Source: the human T2T-CHM13v2.0 reference genome, Homo sapiens
Strand: one strand, 5' to 3'
Length of the DNA: 64,000 nt
Assembly (NCBI RefSeq): GCF_009914755.1
Contig: NC_060934.1
Part shown: one piece after another, positions 42,353 to 57,058 of the stretch
Layout: each line of letters starts with the position of its first letter
How positions within the stretch are numbered: position 1 is the first letter of the stretch
Made by a program: the position numbers and the translations under genes
The notes under the pieces: model-generated
Database searches by the model: none
Told to the model about the DNA's origin: nothing
The model's input: the letters and a program-made list of their open reading frames with translations, nothing else

Positions 42353-42707
42353 ATATCTGCACGAAAATACTACAGAGCTGTCACCTTACTTTCAGGGAGC
42401 AGCCAACTTCTATATAATTCAATGTTTCAACAAAGATCATTGAGTAGTTAATACATGCAGAGAACTATGGCTGGTTATAAAAGGTGTGGGTGCAGGTCTC
42501 TGTTTATGAATGGATTAAGTTTCAAGAATCCCTTTGTGAAAGTCAATTATGTAGAAACTTCAAATGCATTTTCCTACAGAAATCATGGTTATAAATGGTG
42601 ATTTGATTTCCCCATATTTAACTCATAAGTTAGCCAAGATATGTTTGAAATAAAAAGTAGGAAAGAATGTTAGAATACCAAAAATCAATTAGAGAGCAAT
42701 TATAGCA

Positions 42708-43051
<344 letters not shown>

Positions 43052-43457
43052 TTATATTAAATTCTTGTATAGAAGAAGAGAATGACTAGCTTGTAATAGG
43101 ACAGAGGAAACTCAATAAGCTGTCACATCCTCTCCCCCTCTTATGGCACACACTGCTAATTGATCATGGCCTCCATTTTCGTTAAGCCCTCAACCTCAAA
43201 ATCCTTCTTAAAACAGTGTTTTCTGCAACCGCTACCATCCCAGTTATACCTGGCATAGAGAAATTGTTTGGCATTTTGTTGATAGAGATGGCATTACTTC
43301 CAACATTGTAAAGCAAAGAAACTTATAGTAGTCACTTGAGGACAGGAGGCAAGGTGGAGATAGGGGCAGACCAGTAATAAATGGACACTTCATGGCATTA
43401 GTTCACAGGATTTGGCCAAAACAAATGATTAACCTTAGATGAAAAACAGGGTTTCTA

Positions 43458-45070
43458 ATGGCCATAATGCCCAAAATAATTTATAGATACAATGCTATTC
43501 CCAATAAACTACCACTGACATTCTTCGAAGAATTAGAAGAAACTATTTTAAAATTCACATGGATCCAAAAACAGAGCTCGTATAGCCAAGACAATTCCAA
43601 TCCAAATGATCAAAGCTGGAAGTATTATACTACTGGACTTCAAACCATATTATAAGGCTACAGTAACCAAAGCAGCATGGTACTGTTACAAAAGCAGACA
43701 CATAGACCAATGGAACAGAACAGAGAACTTAGGAATAAGACCACTCCTCTACAACCATCCAATCTTTGACAAACCTGAGACAAACAAGCAATGGGGAAAG
43801 GATTACCTATTTAATAAATGGTGCTTAGAGAACTGGCTAGTCATATGCAGAAAACTGAAACTGGATCCCTTCCTTATACCTTATACAAAAATTAACTCAA
43901 CATGGATTAAAGACTTAAATGTAAAACCAAAAACTATAAAAACCCCAGAAGAAAATCTAGGCAATACAATTCAGGACATAGGCAAAGGCAGAAACTTCAT
44001 GATGAAATTGCCAAAAGCAATTGCAAAAAAAGCAAAAATTGACAAATGGGATCTAATTAAACTAAAAAGCTTCTGCACAGCAAAAGAAATTATCATCATT
44101 ATGAACAGGCAACCTACAGAGTGGGAGAAAATTTTTACAAACCAGCAATTTGACAAAGATCTAATATCCAGAATCTACAAGGAACTTAAACAAATTTACA
44201 AGAAAAAAATCAACCCCATTAAAAAGGACATGAAGGGACACTTCTCAAAGGAAGATATTCATGCGGCCCACAAACATATGAAAAAAAGCTCAACATTACT
44301 GATCATTAGAGAAATGCAAATCAAAACCACGATGAGATACCGTCTCATGCTGGTCAGAACAATGATTATTAAAAAGTCAAGAAACAACAGATGCTGGTGA
44401 GGTTGCGGAGAAATAGGAATGCTTTTACACTGTTGGTGGGAATGTAGATTAGTTCAACCATTTGGAGGAGGGTGTGGGGATTCCTCAAAAATCTAGAACC
44501 AGAAATAGCATTTGACCCAGCAATCCCATTGCTGGATATAAGCCCAAAGGAATATAAATCATTCTATTACAAAGCTACATGCATGTATATGTTCATTGCA
44601 GAACTATTCACAATAGCAAAGACATGGAATCAACTCAAATACCCATCAAAGATAGACTGGATAAAGAAAATGTGGCACATATACACCATAGAATACTATG
44701 CAGCCATATGGAGCTAGCAGCCATTATCCTCAGCAAACTAATGCAGGAACAGAAACCCAAACACTGCATGCTCTTACTTGTAAGTGGGAGCTGAACAATG
44801 AGAACACATGGACACAAGGAGGGGAACAACACACACTGGGGCCTGTTGGGCAGTTGGGTAAGGGGAGGGAGAGCATTAGGAAAAATAACTAATGCATTCT
44901 GGCCATACCTAGGTGATGGGTTGATGAAAATGAAATATGTTTGCCTTAATACCTAGGTGATGGGTTGATAGGTGCAGCAAATCACCATGGCACACATTTA
45001 CCTACGTAACAAACCTGCACATCCTGCACATGTACCCTGGAACTTAAAATAAAAAATTAAAATTAAAGAA
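43458..45070 (+). mobile_element. 5'-truncated L1PA (L1PA11-13-like)
   Basis: ORF 43606-44400 is L1 ORF2p C-terminus ([12 protein letters not shown]...IDQWNR...LFNKWC...KLDP). 3' UTR gagagcattaggaaaaata...tacctaggtgatgggttgataggtgcagc; TSD ending agggtttcta on both sides. Confidence 0.95.
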
Positions 45071-46129
45071 AAATAAGGGTTTCTAGGCTAGGGGTTAGCC
45101 ACACTGAAACAGTCTGGTAGGAGGGAGGAAGTGGAAATGGAGCCACATAGCTAGTTATGAGATAGATGCCCTATAAATACATGGACCAGGGGCCATGGAA
45201 CTTGTGTCAGAATTCTCAATGGGAAGCATCTCCCTGGATTGTGTAAAATGAGATGCTTACATGCAGCGCTGCCATTAACTGGGTAGTCAAGGATATTGGT
45301 TCTTTTATTCTAAAGTAGTTATCATTAGTCTTAATTGAACTTCATCATTTCAGATAAATCTGGGGATCTTTGGGATGTCTGATTAGTGATGCTATGATTC
45401 AATTAGATTGTACAGTCATAAATATTACCTGAGGTTGAAATATTTAATAGGGTACAGGATTTTGTTCCTACTTTTTTGTCAAATGATTTTCACAGAATAG
45501 CCCACAAAAGATATCTAGCGCAATGCTAAGTTTGTCCTGGAGAATAATTGGAAAAAAAATCAAAATGAAATATGATTGCCTTAAGAAATGACCAACTTAA
45601 TAATAGGCCATGTTTGGAAAGCCCTGGGTAGCATATATCCATTTCACTGTCACATGTAAGTATTCATTAAATTGGGGGAATAAATTGTGAGAAGGGAATT
45701 CCCATAAGTAGTCTTAAATTTTGCCAAAGCTTAATTTTAAGCTCTATTTTCTAGGCAAAATCTTCAAAAGCCTTAATACTTGAAACATAAGAAATATAAT
45801 TTCTTTGACCTTCTCCTTTACTTACCCTTCTTACTTTACTTAAAGGCTCAAGTTGTTTGAGCTTATAAAGTACTTGCTATGAATGGCCAAATATGTTTGA
45901 GTCATGGTTTTGGAAAATCACATGATCCATACCAGAGGAGAGCTGTGTCTTCAAATTATCTTCTAGAAAGGTTCACCAGAAAGTACAAAAATGTTTACAT
46001 TTTAGAGAAAGGAAGGAGATATAAAGCATAATTCATCCTGAAATATTTATTTCAGAAATCATGCAATTTTCAAGATATCTTCCAAGTTTCCAGCTTTTTT
46101 CCTGACTTTAAATATTTTTAATAATTTTA

Positions 46130-46645
46130 ATTTTCATTATACATATATATACATTCACTGTAGAAAATTTAGAAAACAAAAAAGAAAGTAAATAAAAATT
46201 TCATAAGATACCGTAACATTTTGTATACATTATTTCAATCTTTGTTCTATATTTATATATATTTATGTGTATATTCCTTTGCATATAAGTTCGTGTAGTA
46301 TATGCTGTTTTTAACTATTTTCTCATGCAAAGTATATAATTAACATCTTTGCATGTAATTAAACATTATTCTACAGTATCATTCCAAAAGCCATATAGAA
46401 GAACTCCATATGATGAAAGCACTATGATTTAAGTATTATCTTACTGTTGATAATTTGGTTTTATTACAGTTTTTTACTTTTTAAAAAAACTCTGTAAATA
46501 TTTTTGCTGCTTAATCTCTGGTCATCTCTGATTATTTCCTACAGATAAATTCCTAGAAGACTTGCTGAGACAAGATGTTATCACATTTTTAAGGCTTTTA
46601 TCTTTCAAAAAGATTTCACCAACTTATACTTCCATCAGTAGTATG
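46130..46645 (-). mobile_element. Very old L1 (L1ME/MC-like) 3' fragment
   Basis: atacattcactgtagaaaatttagaaaa ... gattatttcctacagataaattcctagaag ... accaacttatacttccatcag. Confidence 0.55.
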
Positions 46646-48347
46646 ATGAACTGCTTTATTTACTTTCAGATGGAATAAAAGCCTCTGCTAGTGGATCTCA
46701 GCTTTATAACCATTTTATAGGAGAATCAGTCTTAGGATGATTATCCATTGACTTTTTGAAATAGTTGCCACTTTGTTGTGTCTACTTTTGTAGCATTAGC
46801 CTTCATTTCATTATGTCAGGTTAAAGACATTTTTATGTATTAAGAAATTCTAAAGAAAAGAAACCTATCGCTCTGATATTTTCCATTGATAGCTTGAACT
46901 GCTATTCTAACATGTTTATAACTCTAAACCATTTGTTTTTTAAGAGGTTCTTTCTAAGAATATATTGTACTTAACTGATGGACAAGGTTTTGACTTTGCC
47001 AAACTCATTTCTAATCATTTAATCCTTTTAAATCATCTTCCTCTTATCAGTTTAATCTATGTTAAGATTGTATTTTTATTCACAGTTTGCATGTCTACAA
47101 GTTTCCAAATGTTTACTTCATTTCAAAGTACTTGCTACTATAATAATGCATGTTAAACATAGATGAATATGCAAAGACTTAAAGCCATTTGGATTTAGAA
47201 TTGCAAAGTCTCTTTTAGGTCATGAGCCAGGCATAATGCCCTACTAAGAGAAGAAATTACTGCATCAAATCACTCCTAAGCCAAACCAATACATATCTCA
47301 TCATTTCATGAAAGCTATCTAGCTTCAGAGAACACCTAACTTAATGCATTCAGTTGTCTGGAAAAACAGCCGAGGAGTTTTTCTTTGAGAAAAGTTCAGT
47401 GCCTGATAATCAATAGAAAACCATAGACAATATCTGAAGTCTCAAAAGCATATGTCTGGAATGTCGTGAATAAGACAATCTAATGGGGCAGATGGGGTAA
47501 GAGGGTCATTTTATCCATATTAAAAAGATTAAAAACCAAAGTTCTCAGTAATTGATTCTACATCTCACATAGACCTACATGCAGCTTGTTGATAGAAAAA
47601 AATCCTCCTCAGAAACTTTCCCCGTTAGCTAATTCAAAATATCCATTCATCCAAAGAGTCTCTACTCCATACACTTGGTGGGAAACCAGACTGATTTCCA
47701 TAAAATATCCATATTTTATCATCACAGCTCATAGCATCAAATACATATTCCAGTGTTTAAATTGCCTTGAAGTCAATTAAGGGAGTAAAGGGATTTAACA
47801 AGAGGTGCCTGAGAAAGATGTATTTCAAAAGATTTTATAAACTATTACTTTTTTTAAAGGCAATTTCTGTGAATAATTTTCTTAAATATTTATCTACATA
47901 GAATTGTGTTAGAAAAAGAAAGCCAGGTTATTCTTTTGAGGTTTTATATTGTAAAAGTCAACAGGAAGTTATTTTTATCATGATTCACACCCTGCGGTTG
48001 AGCAAAGGCTGAGCATGATAGAGGCAGAACAAAGAGAAGTAAAGCCTGTTGTTGGGACTGTTGTTTAAATATCCTTTTCTTCTGACCCCTACACAGTGCT
48101 CTGCTTACGTTTGATACTTTAAGGATCCCTAACTTCTCTTGTCTTCCCTAAGGCAAGTGTTATGGCTGGGAACTTAAATGGCTATTCTTAAACCTCACAG
48201 TGTAAAGTGTGTCTCCAACTCGTTCCATATTGTTTTAGAGCCACTTGTGATTTAATGTGGTACATTTCTTCTCCTGGCACTTGATATTTGATAGGAAGTG
48301 GTGTATAGTGACTTAAAGGAACAAGAGAGTTCCAAGGGTAAAGTATC

Positions 48348-48692
48348 TGTATTAGTTGGCTCTCATGCTGCTAATAAAGACATAATTGAGACTGGGTAAT
48401 TTATAAAGAAAAGAGGTTTAATGGACTCAGAGTTCCCCATGGCTGGGGAGGCCTCACAATCATGGCAGAAGGCAAATGAGGAGCAAGTCACGTCTTACAT
48501 GGCAGCAGGCAAGAGAGCTTGTGCAGGGGAACTCCCATTTGTAAAACCATCAGATCTTGTGAGACTTATTCACTACCATGAGGACAGTATGGGGAAACCT
48601 CCCCCATGAGGTTTTCTGGCCCTGCCCTTTATACATAGGGATTATTACAAGTCAAGGTGAGATTTGGGTTGGGACACAGCCAAACCATATCA
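48348..48692 (-). mobile_element. THE1 (THE1C-like) MaLR solo LTR
   Basis: tgtattagt...ctcatgctgctaataaagacata...gagactgggtaatttataaag ... gacacagccaaaccatatca; 5-bp TSD gtatc/gtaac. Confidence 0.93.
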
Positions 48693-50670
48693 GTAACCGA
48701 TATTAGATACCAGAGAGAAAGCAGAGCTGAAGATGACACGTATTTTAGCCTAGAGGCCCTTGCTGTTGAATCTTAAATCCAGGCATAATGGTAACACCTC
48801 ATTTTATTAAATATTCTGAAGTAAGGTGAGGACTCCTAATGGTTATTTGTAGGATAAGTAATAGGAGAAGGGGGAATGAGTTTTTGTGGATGTGTACAAC
48901 AGCGGGTAATTGGGTCCAACCTTCCTTACAAGGGGATTCTCATTTTAAGATTAGGAAAATGTCATACAGAGAGAGATTTTAAAGGACTAAGAGAAATAGC
49001 TCAATTTTTTTTCACCTCCTTATACAGAGAAATACCACAGAAAGGACAAGATGTGATCAAACTTTCTAAGAGACACAGAATTAAAACATAGAGAAACAAG
49101 AACTATTTTTAAGTGAAATAAAACATCAGAGTCAAGATCAGGAACTTGTTTGTTTGCCAATTCAGTATCTCCTGGACAACTTCCTAAATCTGTATCAAAG
49201 TCCTGAGTCATCACATTTGATTTAATTTTTAGCTCCATTTAACTTCTACTAGATCATATGCAGACCTAATTTTCATCTGAGTCACTTCTATACTCTCCTG
49301 TCACCAAAAATAGAGTTTAAATTATACAATAGACTTATAAGTATTTCAAATACCATTACAGGTAATACAATCAGAGAATCATAATAGCCCGTATATCCAA
49401 AAACATTAGTGATTATACTTATTGCTTCTTGTCCTAAAGTAAGACAGCAATATGAAGAATAACAAACATTCAGGTGTTCATTCTATGAATATTCATCTGT
49501 GTTAGATTATTCTCAGTTGCAGTAACATTCAGTCCTTGGATTAAAAGTTAGGAGGGGTTCATCCATGAGAAATGTGAAAAACAAAAAGAAAACACACATT
49601 ACCCTATGTATTACCACATTAGACAGGAATTCAGGGGTAGGGGTTAAGGTAGACTTCACAGGAAAAGGGAAACTCTATACAGTTGGGCCTCAGGTAGACT
49701 AAATTATTTTGCTAGTTGGATGTTTGCCCAAAATTCACTGCAATGTGAGCTTCCATGCTACTACTTTAGTTGTTGGACTTCAGAATCTCTTTCAACAACA
49801 TAGATCAGTAACTCAACTCATGTTGTCTATACTCTTTCTTGTATATCTTTTTTTTCCTTCCATCCCCACTATCACCTGACTTAATTCTCTGTATCTCCAG
49901 TTCAAGCTCTGGGGAGAGATAATTACCCTATTATCCACTAGTTAGCTTACAGATTGGCTACAGTTGGAACAGATTATCTTTCACCGCTCTCCCACCTGTG
50001 ATGTCAACTGAATGTGGTTATTTCTGTTAAAATGGGGCTCTGGACACAGTTGGCATTCTGCAGTTTTGACTGCCCAATGTATATGTGATATCAGTAACCA
50101 AAGCAAAATATCTTTTAAAAACACAGTGATAGGATTTTCTACCATTTTTATTTTAAATAATTATTTGGTATAAAAAGCATATTTAATAATATATAATAAC
50201 ATAATTTGGTAGATATATTACTGGTATGTTTATTTAAATATTGACAATAATATGTTTTAATAAAATGAATAATTTTATAAATTATTTTTCACTTAATTTT
50301 CACGTATAATTACTAAAAAAATTCTATGAAGCATGCAGGCAATATATGTTTCTCTCACTTAGCACATTAGTTTAAGGTTGGCCCTCAATAAATAAATTGT
50401 AAAGCAGGATTGTGCCTTTCCCCAGATCACTCAGCCAGGGAATAATAGAGCCAAATCGAAGCTCAGGTCTTTGTATCACCAGTAATGTGCCCCTCATATG
50501 TAGCTAAAAGCTCTTTCTACAGTACCTAGCAGCTCAATGGGAATCAACTGGTAGAGAGATTTGTTTTTTAAATACTAAAGGAAAAGCCTAGATAATGTAT
50601 GCTAGCAATACATTTTTATGTCTGGAAGATAAACTGCTTTTACTTCTGAACATTTCTATGTTGTGGACTC

Positions 50671-51100
50671 TGTATTAGGTCATTCTTGCATTGCTATAAA
50701 GAAATACCTGAGACTGGGTAATTTATAAAGAAAAGAGGTTTAACTTGCTCATGGTTCTGCAGGCTGTACAGGAAGCATGAGGCTGACATTCTCATGGCTT
50801 CTGGGGAGGCCTCAGGAAACTTACAATCATGACAGAAGGCAAAGCGGGGAGCAGGCACGTCACATGGCTAGAGGAGTAGGAGCAGGAGAGAGAGCTGGGG
50901 GGGTACCACATGCTTTTATACGACCAGATCTTGTGAGAACTCACTCACTATCACAAGGACAGCATCAAGAGGATCATGCTAAACTATCCACGAGAATTCC
51001 ACCTCAATGATCCAAACATTTCCCACAAGGCCCCACCACCAACACTGAGGATTACATTTCAACATGAGATTTGAGTAGAGCAAATAGTCAAACTATATCA
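50671..51100 (-). mobile_element. MSTA-like MaLR solo LTR
   Basis: tgtattagg...cttgcattgctataaagaaatacctgagactggg ... aactatatca; 430 bp; TSD gactc/gacac. Confidence 0.92.
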
Positions 51101-53544
51101 GACACACTCAGGGCTTAAACGTTAGGATTGTACTCATATACAAGGTAAACCTCCTCAACTCTCAATTTCTCTGCTTAAGCAATCATTCTAGCTTAGTCAG
51201 TTAGGGTCAAAAGCATGTACATGGTATTTGACAAGATGACTGTAGAGATGATGTCTTACTCAGAAGAGAGAGATCTAGTGAGAGATGTGGGTACAAGATG
51301 TCCTTTTTTTTTCACTGTCTTATAAATGTAATATAAAATGGGAATTTGAAGAGAAGGTTCATGATATTACTGCCCAGATTGCCTTTCTATAACAAGGGAG
51401 TATTATTACCACTGGGAAAAATTCTCAATATGAACAATGTACGATAAAATGCTAAATTAACAAGTCAAGGTAATTGCTTGCTCCCTTTGCCCCCGATGAA
51501 TTAGTGCAAATTGCATTTCACACTAATTGGTCCACAAAATTCATGCACAATAGGAACACTGGGATTTCTTCAGTTTTGCTTGTAAATGTATATATACATA
51601 CAAATAACAAGACTGTTTCTTTATTTTAATAGTTTGTTACAGACTAATAGGTGCACTAATTAGTCTACCTCTCCAAGGTGATCTTGAAAACAATAATAAT
51701 TAGTAGTTCTTGGTGAAATATAACCAGAGAACAAAAAAATGGGTGCTGCGTTTATGTCAGAAAACTTTAAAATATGTGAAATCTTAGAATATAAAGTTTT
51801 CAAATAAAAGAGATATTAAATTACCCTATTTTAAACGTTGCTTCTAACATTGTTGCAAATTCTTTGCTGATGAGAATAATCAATCAAGTGCTTTCTAGTG
51901 TTTTTATTATTACAACCTCTTTTAATCTTCCTCTACTTCATGGTGCCATTCTTAGAAATAGTATTGCCTTTAAAATTATATTTTCTAAATAATGACTAAT
52001 TTTGTTGTCCATTTTCTATTAACTGTAATAGGTAACTGTTAATCAGGGCTTCAGAGTTATGGTTTGAGTGTTACTGTGCTTGATTGACATAATCCCAGAC
52101 TAGAGCAAAACCATGGGATGTATAGTTAGTTATGGGATATTTCACCGAGAGTAAATATGTAACTTCTACTAGGCTACTTGAAAATGTTGGGCAGACAGTA
52201 ATCACTTTTGAGGCTACTCGTTTGCTCTAAAATGCCAAATTTAAAATCCCATACATAATCTCATTTGGAACAAGCAAACAACATAAAACAGGCAAGGAAG
52301 GGAAATAGCCTTATCCTTGATAAGAGCTTTGGGGACTCTATCAAGTCCTGGATTTTTATTTGTTCATTTTTCATTTATTTATTGAGCATGTGCTTTGTGC
52401 AAGACTCTCTTAAGATGTTAACAAGCCAATGAGAGGAACATGAAAGTAAGCAATTATGGTACGGTGTGACAAAGGCCATGCTACGGGATGATTCAAGTCT
52501 GGTGTACTGGCAATGATGAGTTCTGGATCTTGCTCTTGATTCCAGCAGGAAAGTTATTGATGTTTCTTCTGGAGATTATGTTCAGTACAGATAGCATTAT
52601 TGGTACAATTTCAAGGCTCTTGATTCTCTGTCTTTTTTAACATACCTGGTTCTATGGAAGTCTAGCTGGTATTATAAATGGTTACTTGATCATTTTATCA
52701 CTGATAGCCTGCTCTGTGTGATGTTTCCAATAGCTGTCACTTTAAGACAGGCTTTTTGTTTGGTTTAAATTAAACCCAACAGAGGGACGCTGAATTCCAA
52801 AAAAGTCGTTGATGATCATTGTGGAATAGTGTTCTCTCATAATTTATTTCAAATTTTAGATTAGCGTACAATTGGATTCAGAAAAGAAGTGCAGGACATA
52901 GTCTATAAAGTAATAACACATATCTGTGTTGCTCATTTTAAAAATGGATTTGCGGCTGGGTTTTATTTGAAGATAAACGTAAGCATGTCTTTTAGGATGA
53001 AAATATGTATTATACACTTAATTATTTTAATGCTTTCAACATTCTAGTGAGAGTTATAAAATACTGCCACTTCTGCATAAAGAAATTAAGATTTTTATCT
53101 AGAGTCCTAATAAATATTTCTCAAGTGAAATTTTGAGGAAATGCAGCAATGTAAGTGGAATCAAGCAACTGTTTTATGTTACTTTTTATACTAAAATCAC
53201 TGATTTGAGGGCCATATAGGCATATTTTGGCATACTCAGAATTAAAGGCAGAGTTACTTGAGCTGTTAAGCCTAATGCCATTGCCTATTATGAATATTAC
53301 AAAAAAGCAATCACTTTTTCTGTTATCCAACTGACATTTCCTTCATGAGTATAACTTCACTGAATTTGACATCTGCAAAGCATATTTGATGTTAGATAAT
53401 ACTTTCCAATTATAATGACATGGTAATTTGCTAGCATTGGAAGTATTATAGAATACTACCTCATGATACCTAATCTTCCTCTGTTTTATTTGTGGGGCTC
53501 TCTTAAATTGAATAAAGACTTTGTGGCTCTCTTGTGTAAACCGC

Positions 53545-54020
53545 TTCACTCAAACCTTACTCAGTAACAAATTTATTTTACAGACATAGAATGGGCTTCA
53601 AAGCTCAGTACAATCAGTAGCTTGATGATGTTGCCGAGGACCTGGGATGCTTCCCTCTCACCTCGTGGCCTCAGCATCCTGAGTCTGGTTATTTTCGTGG
53701 CCACAGATGAATGCCAATAGCCACTGCGGCCACATGCTTCCCTGTTCATGAAAAAAACTGGTTTTTTTTTCTACCACCAAGACAATTTAGAATACTTGCA
53801 CACCCCTGGATCAATAAGAGTCACTAGAAGAATGCCAACACACTGATTACCTGAGGCTAATGAGTTATATGCCCTTGGAGTTGGGGTTAAGCACCTCGCC
53901 CTGGATCATGTTGAAGAAGAGTGAATATTGAAGAAGAGTGAATATCTGAATACAATTAGCATTCTTTTAACGACGGAAAAGCTTAGAAGATGGAAGGCAT
54001 TAGGTATCAATAGACTATGT
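53545..54020 (-). mobile_element. Old MaLR LTR (MLT1J/K-like)
   Basis: tgatgttgccgaggacc...cagcatcct...ggccacagatg...caccc ctggatcaat...ctgatt pattern. Confidence 0.5.
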
Positions 54021-54362
54021 ACAATATTCTTTCTAACGAAGAATGGATACTTCAGTTCCTCAGTTCCTGGAACTCTTGATACTTTTATATAACTTGATCT
54101 TATGAATGAATTGCTTGGTAGGAAGATGGTTGTTGGAATACCAGCCAGACAGTAGTCCCCCTAAAAACTGGTAATGCCATTTTTAGTGAAAATGTGATAG
54201 TTTCTCGTTGGTTTTCAAATAAACTTTTTTGGTCCTTTTATGGATAGTCAGATGAACTTGTTTACCCATGTCTCTGGGTCTAAAATGAAAATAAGATTAA
54301 CAGAAGGCTTTACAATCATCGTTCTTCTTGAAATCGGTAAACATTCTCTTCTGGGATTCTCA

Positions 54363-54771
<409 letters not shown>

Positions 54772-56087
54772 CTAAATCTTAATTTAAAATATAATAAACC
54801 TATCACATTGGAATAAAATACTTACACCAAAGGCCACTTAAGTCCACATATCAAGTTTACTCTGTACCTTACCTCCCACACACACTCTCCTGCCCTTAAA
54901 CCGATATGTGCAATCATCCTTTTCTCTGTTAATCAGAGAAAGATTATACATTTGATCTCTGTTAGCCCGTCAGTGGAATCTTGAGATGCACAACAAATTA
55001 AATATATAATCTTTCAAAATAAAATTAACTTTTCAAAGAAGTTCAGTAATTTTCCTTACACCGTAAGGCAACCTGCTAGTAACCACAACCTCCAGGTGAG
55101 TGCCTTGGAATTTTACTCTGACCTTCTCCATCAAGAGTGGATCCTGCCTAGAAACATAAAACAAGCGCATTAGAGATCCCACACAATGATGTTTATTCAC
55201 TGAAGAAATAAAGCCTTTTTTAAAAGACTATTTTTTACCAGATTGTCTCTCTTAGCAGGTGATACTTCTCCTCTTGAGCTCAGGTATCAACCTGTAGTGA
55301 AGCTTTAAGGAAGTCTAGTGAGAACTCGACCTTGGTCTCATTTCTTGCACTAACATGTATCTACTGCACTTACCTCTAACATTGCCACTTATTCTGACAT
55401 ATCCCATCAATATAAAAAAACTGAGTGAAGTGTACTGCATCCATTCTTCAGTGTGACTGGTATGTCACAACATTTGAGTTTCCCTGATTTGTGTAGGGGT
55501 TTCTGAGTTCTTTTTCATTTTTTTTCCCTATGTGATACCATTTTGGGCTAGGGAAAAATCTACTCATTGGTAGCAGGTGAAATCCGGAGCTAGGAAGATA
55601 TAAAATAGCTCACTTGGCGGCATTCATACTTGAGACGATAGTGAGATGAGCTAATTAATCCCTTACCATAAGTCAGACCTGGTGTGCCCAAGTGTTGTCG
55701 TCATCTTCCATCAAAGCCAAGGTAAGCACTGTATTACCTCTCCTTCATTCGATGAGGAGTCTCAGACTTAGAGGAGTAAAATAGCTGCCTGACATAGCAC
55801 ATCTCAAACCTGCTAATATTGGTGTCTCCTGCTGGTGCTGGAAGTGTGTACATTTGTGGTTTTGTGTGGAAGACTACGGATTTCTGTTTCTTCCATGTAG
55901 TGAAATATATGGCCAGTGACCTATTGTCAAGGTGAGAGTTTAGAACCATACTTATATCATCTCTGACCTAATTGTAAAAGCATAGGATATTTTCTTAGAC
56001 CAACATTATATTTGCCAAAATCCTAAGAAATTTTAGTGTGTATTTTGTTCAGAGAAGATAAAAAATTGTTTACTTTGAGTTCATATT

Positions 56088-56147
56088 GTTTGTGTGTGTG
56101 TGTGTGTATGTGTGTGTGTGTGTATGTGTGTGTGTATGTGTATGTGT
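56088..56147. repeat. (GT)n/(GTAT) microsatellite
   Basis: Direct reading. Confidence 0.88.
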
Positions 56148-56149
56148 CC

Positions 56150-56483
<334 letters not shown>

Positions 56484-57058
56484 TAGAGATTCTCAGTGGA
56501 GTACCAAGAAATAAAGAGAACTGCTAAATTGGATAGATAATTATAAGGCACAGCTTCTGCCCTAAATGAGCTTACTCTCTATAGAAAAGGCAAGGGCAAG
56601 ATGCACTCAGACAAATTTAATTTTAAGGAACATAAATACCATGGAGTTAAGGGGAGGAAGGATAAAACTTAGGGTCATATAATAATAACCATAAATCATT
56701 TTGATCACTTCTGTGCTAATGACTGTGCTGAGTTCATTATTTGAATTCATAATGAATTTGCCATATCATTCATATAGTAGAGTTATGGAAGTTTCCACAA
56801 GTGGAGCTGGACCAGTTATGTGAATTCATCCAGTCAGACTCACATGGCCTCAGCCAGTCCACAATGTACCCTCCCCAAGATAGACTGACCTAATGACAAG
56901 GCCATTGAAAGCTCAAACATCCCAACTCACTAATACAGATGATAAAGGAACCCAGAGTACAGGAGGTCTCAGGTAAATATTGGTAGTGGGGAGTCAGGTA
57001 GATGGGTTCTACCTCTAAAACCTTGGATAGGATGCTAACTAAATAACTCACATTCTAT

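Noticed and set aside
43606-44400. Longest ORF (264 aa) as a gene
   Set aside because: C-terminal remnant of L1 ORF2p in a 5'-truncated element, without EN/RT domains or promoter.
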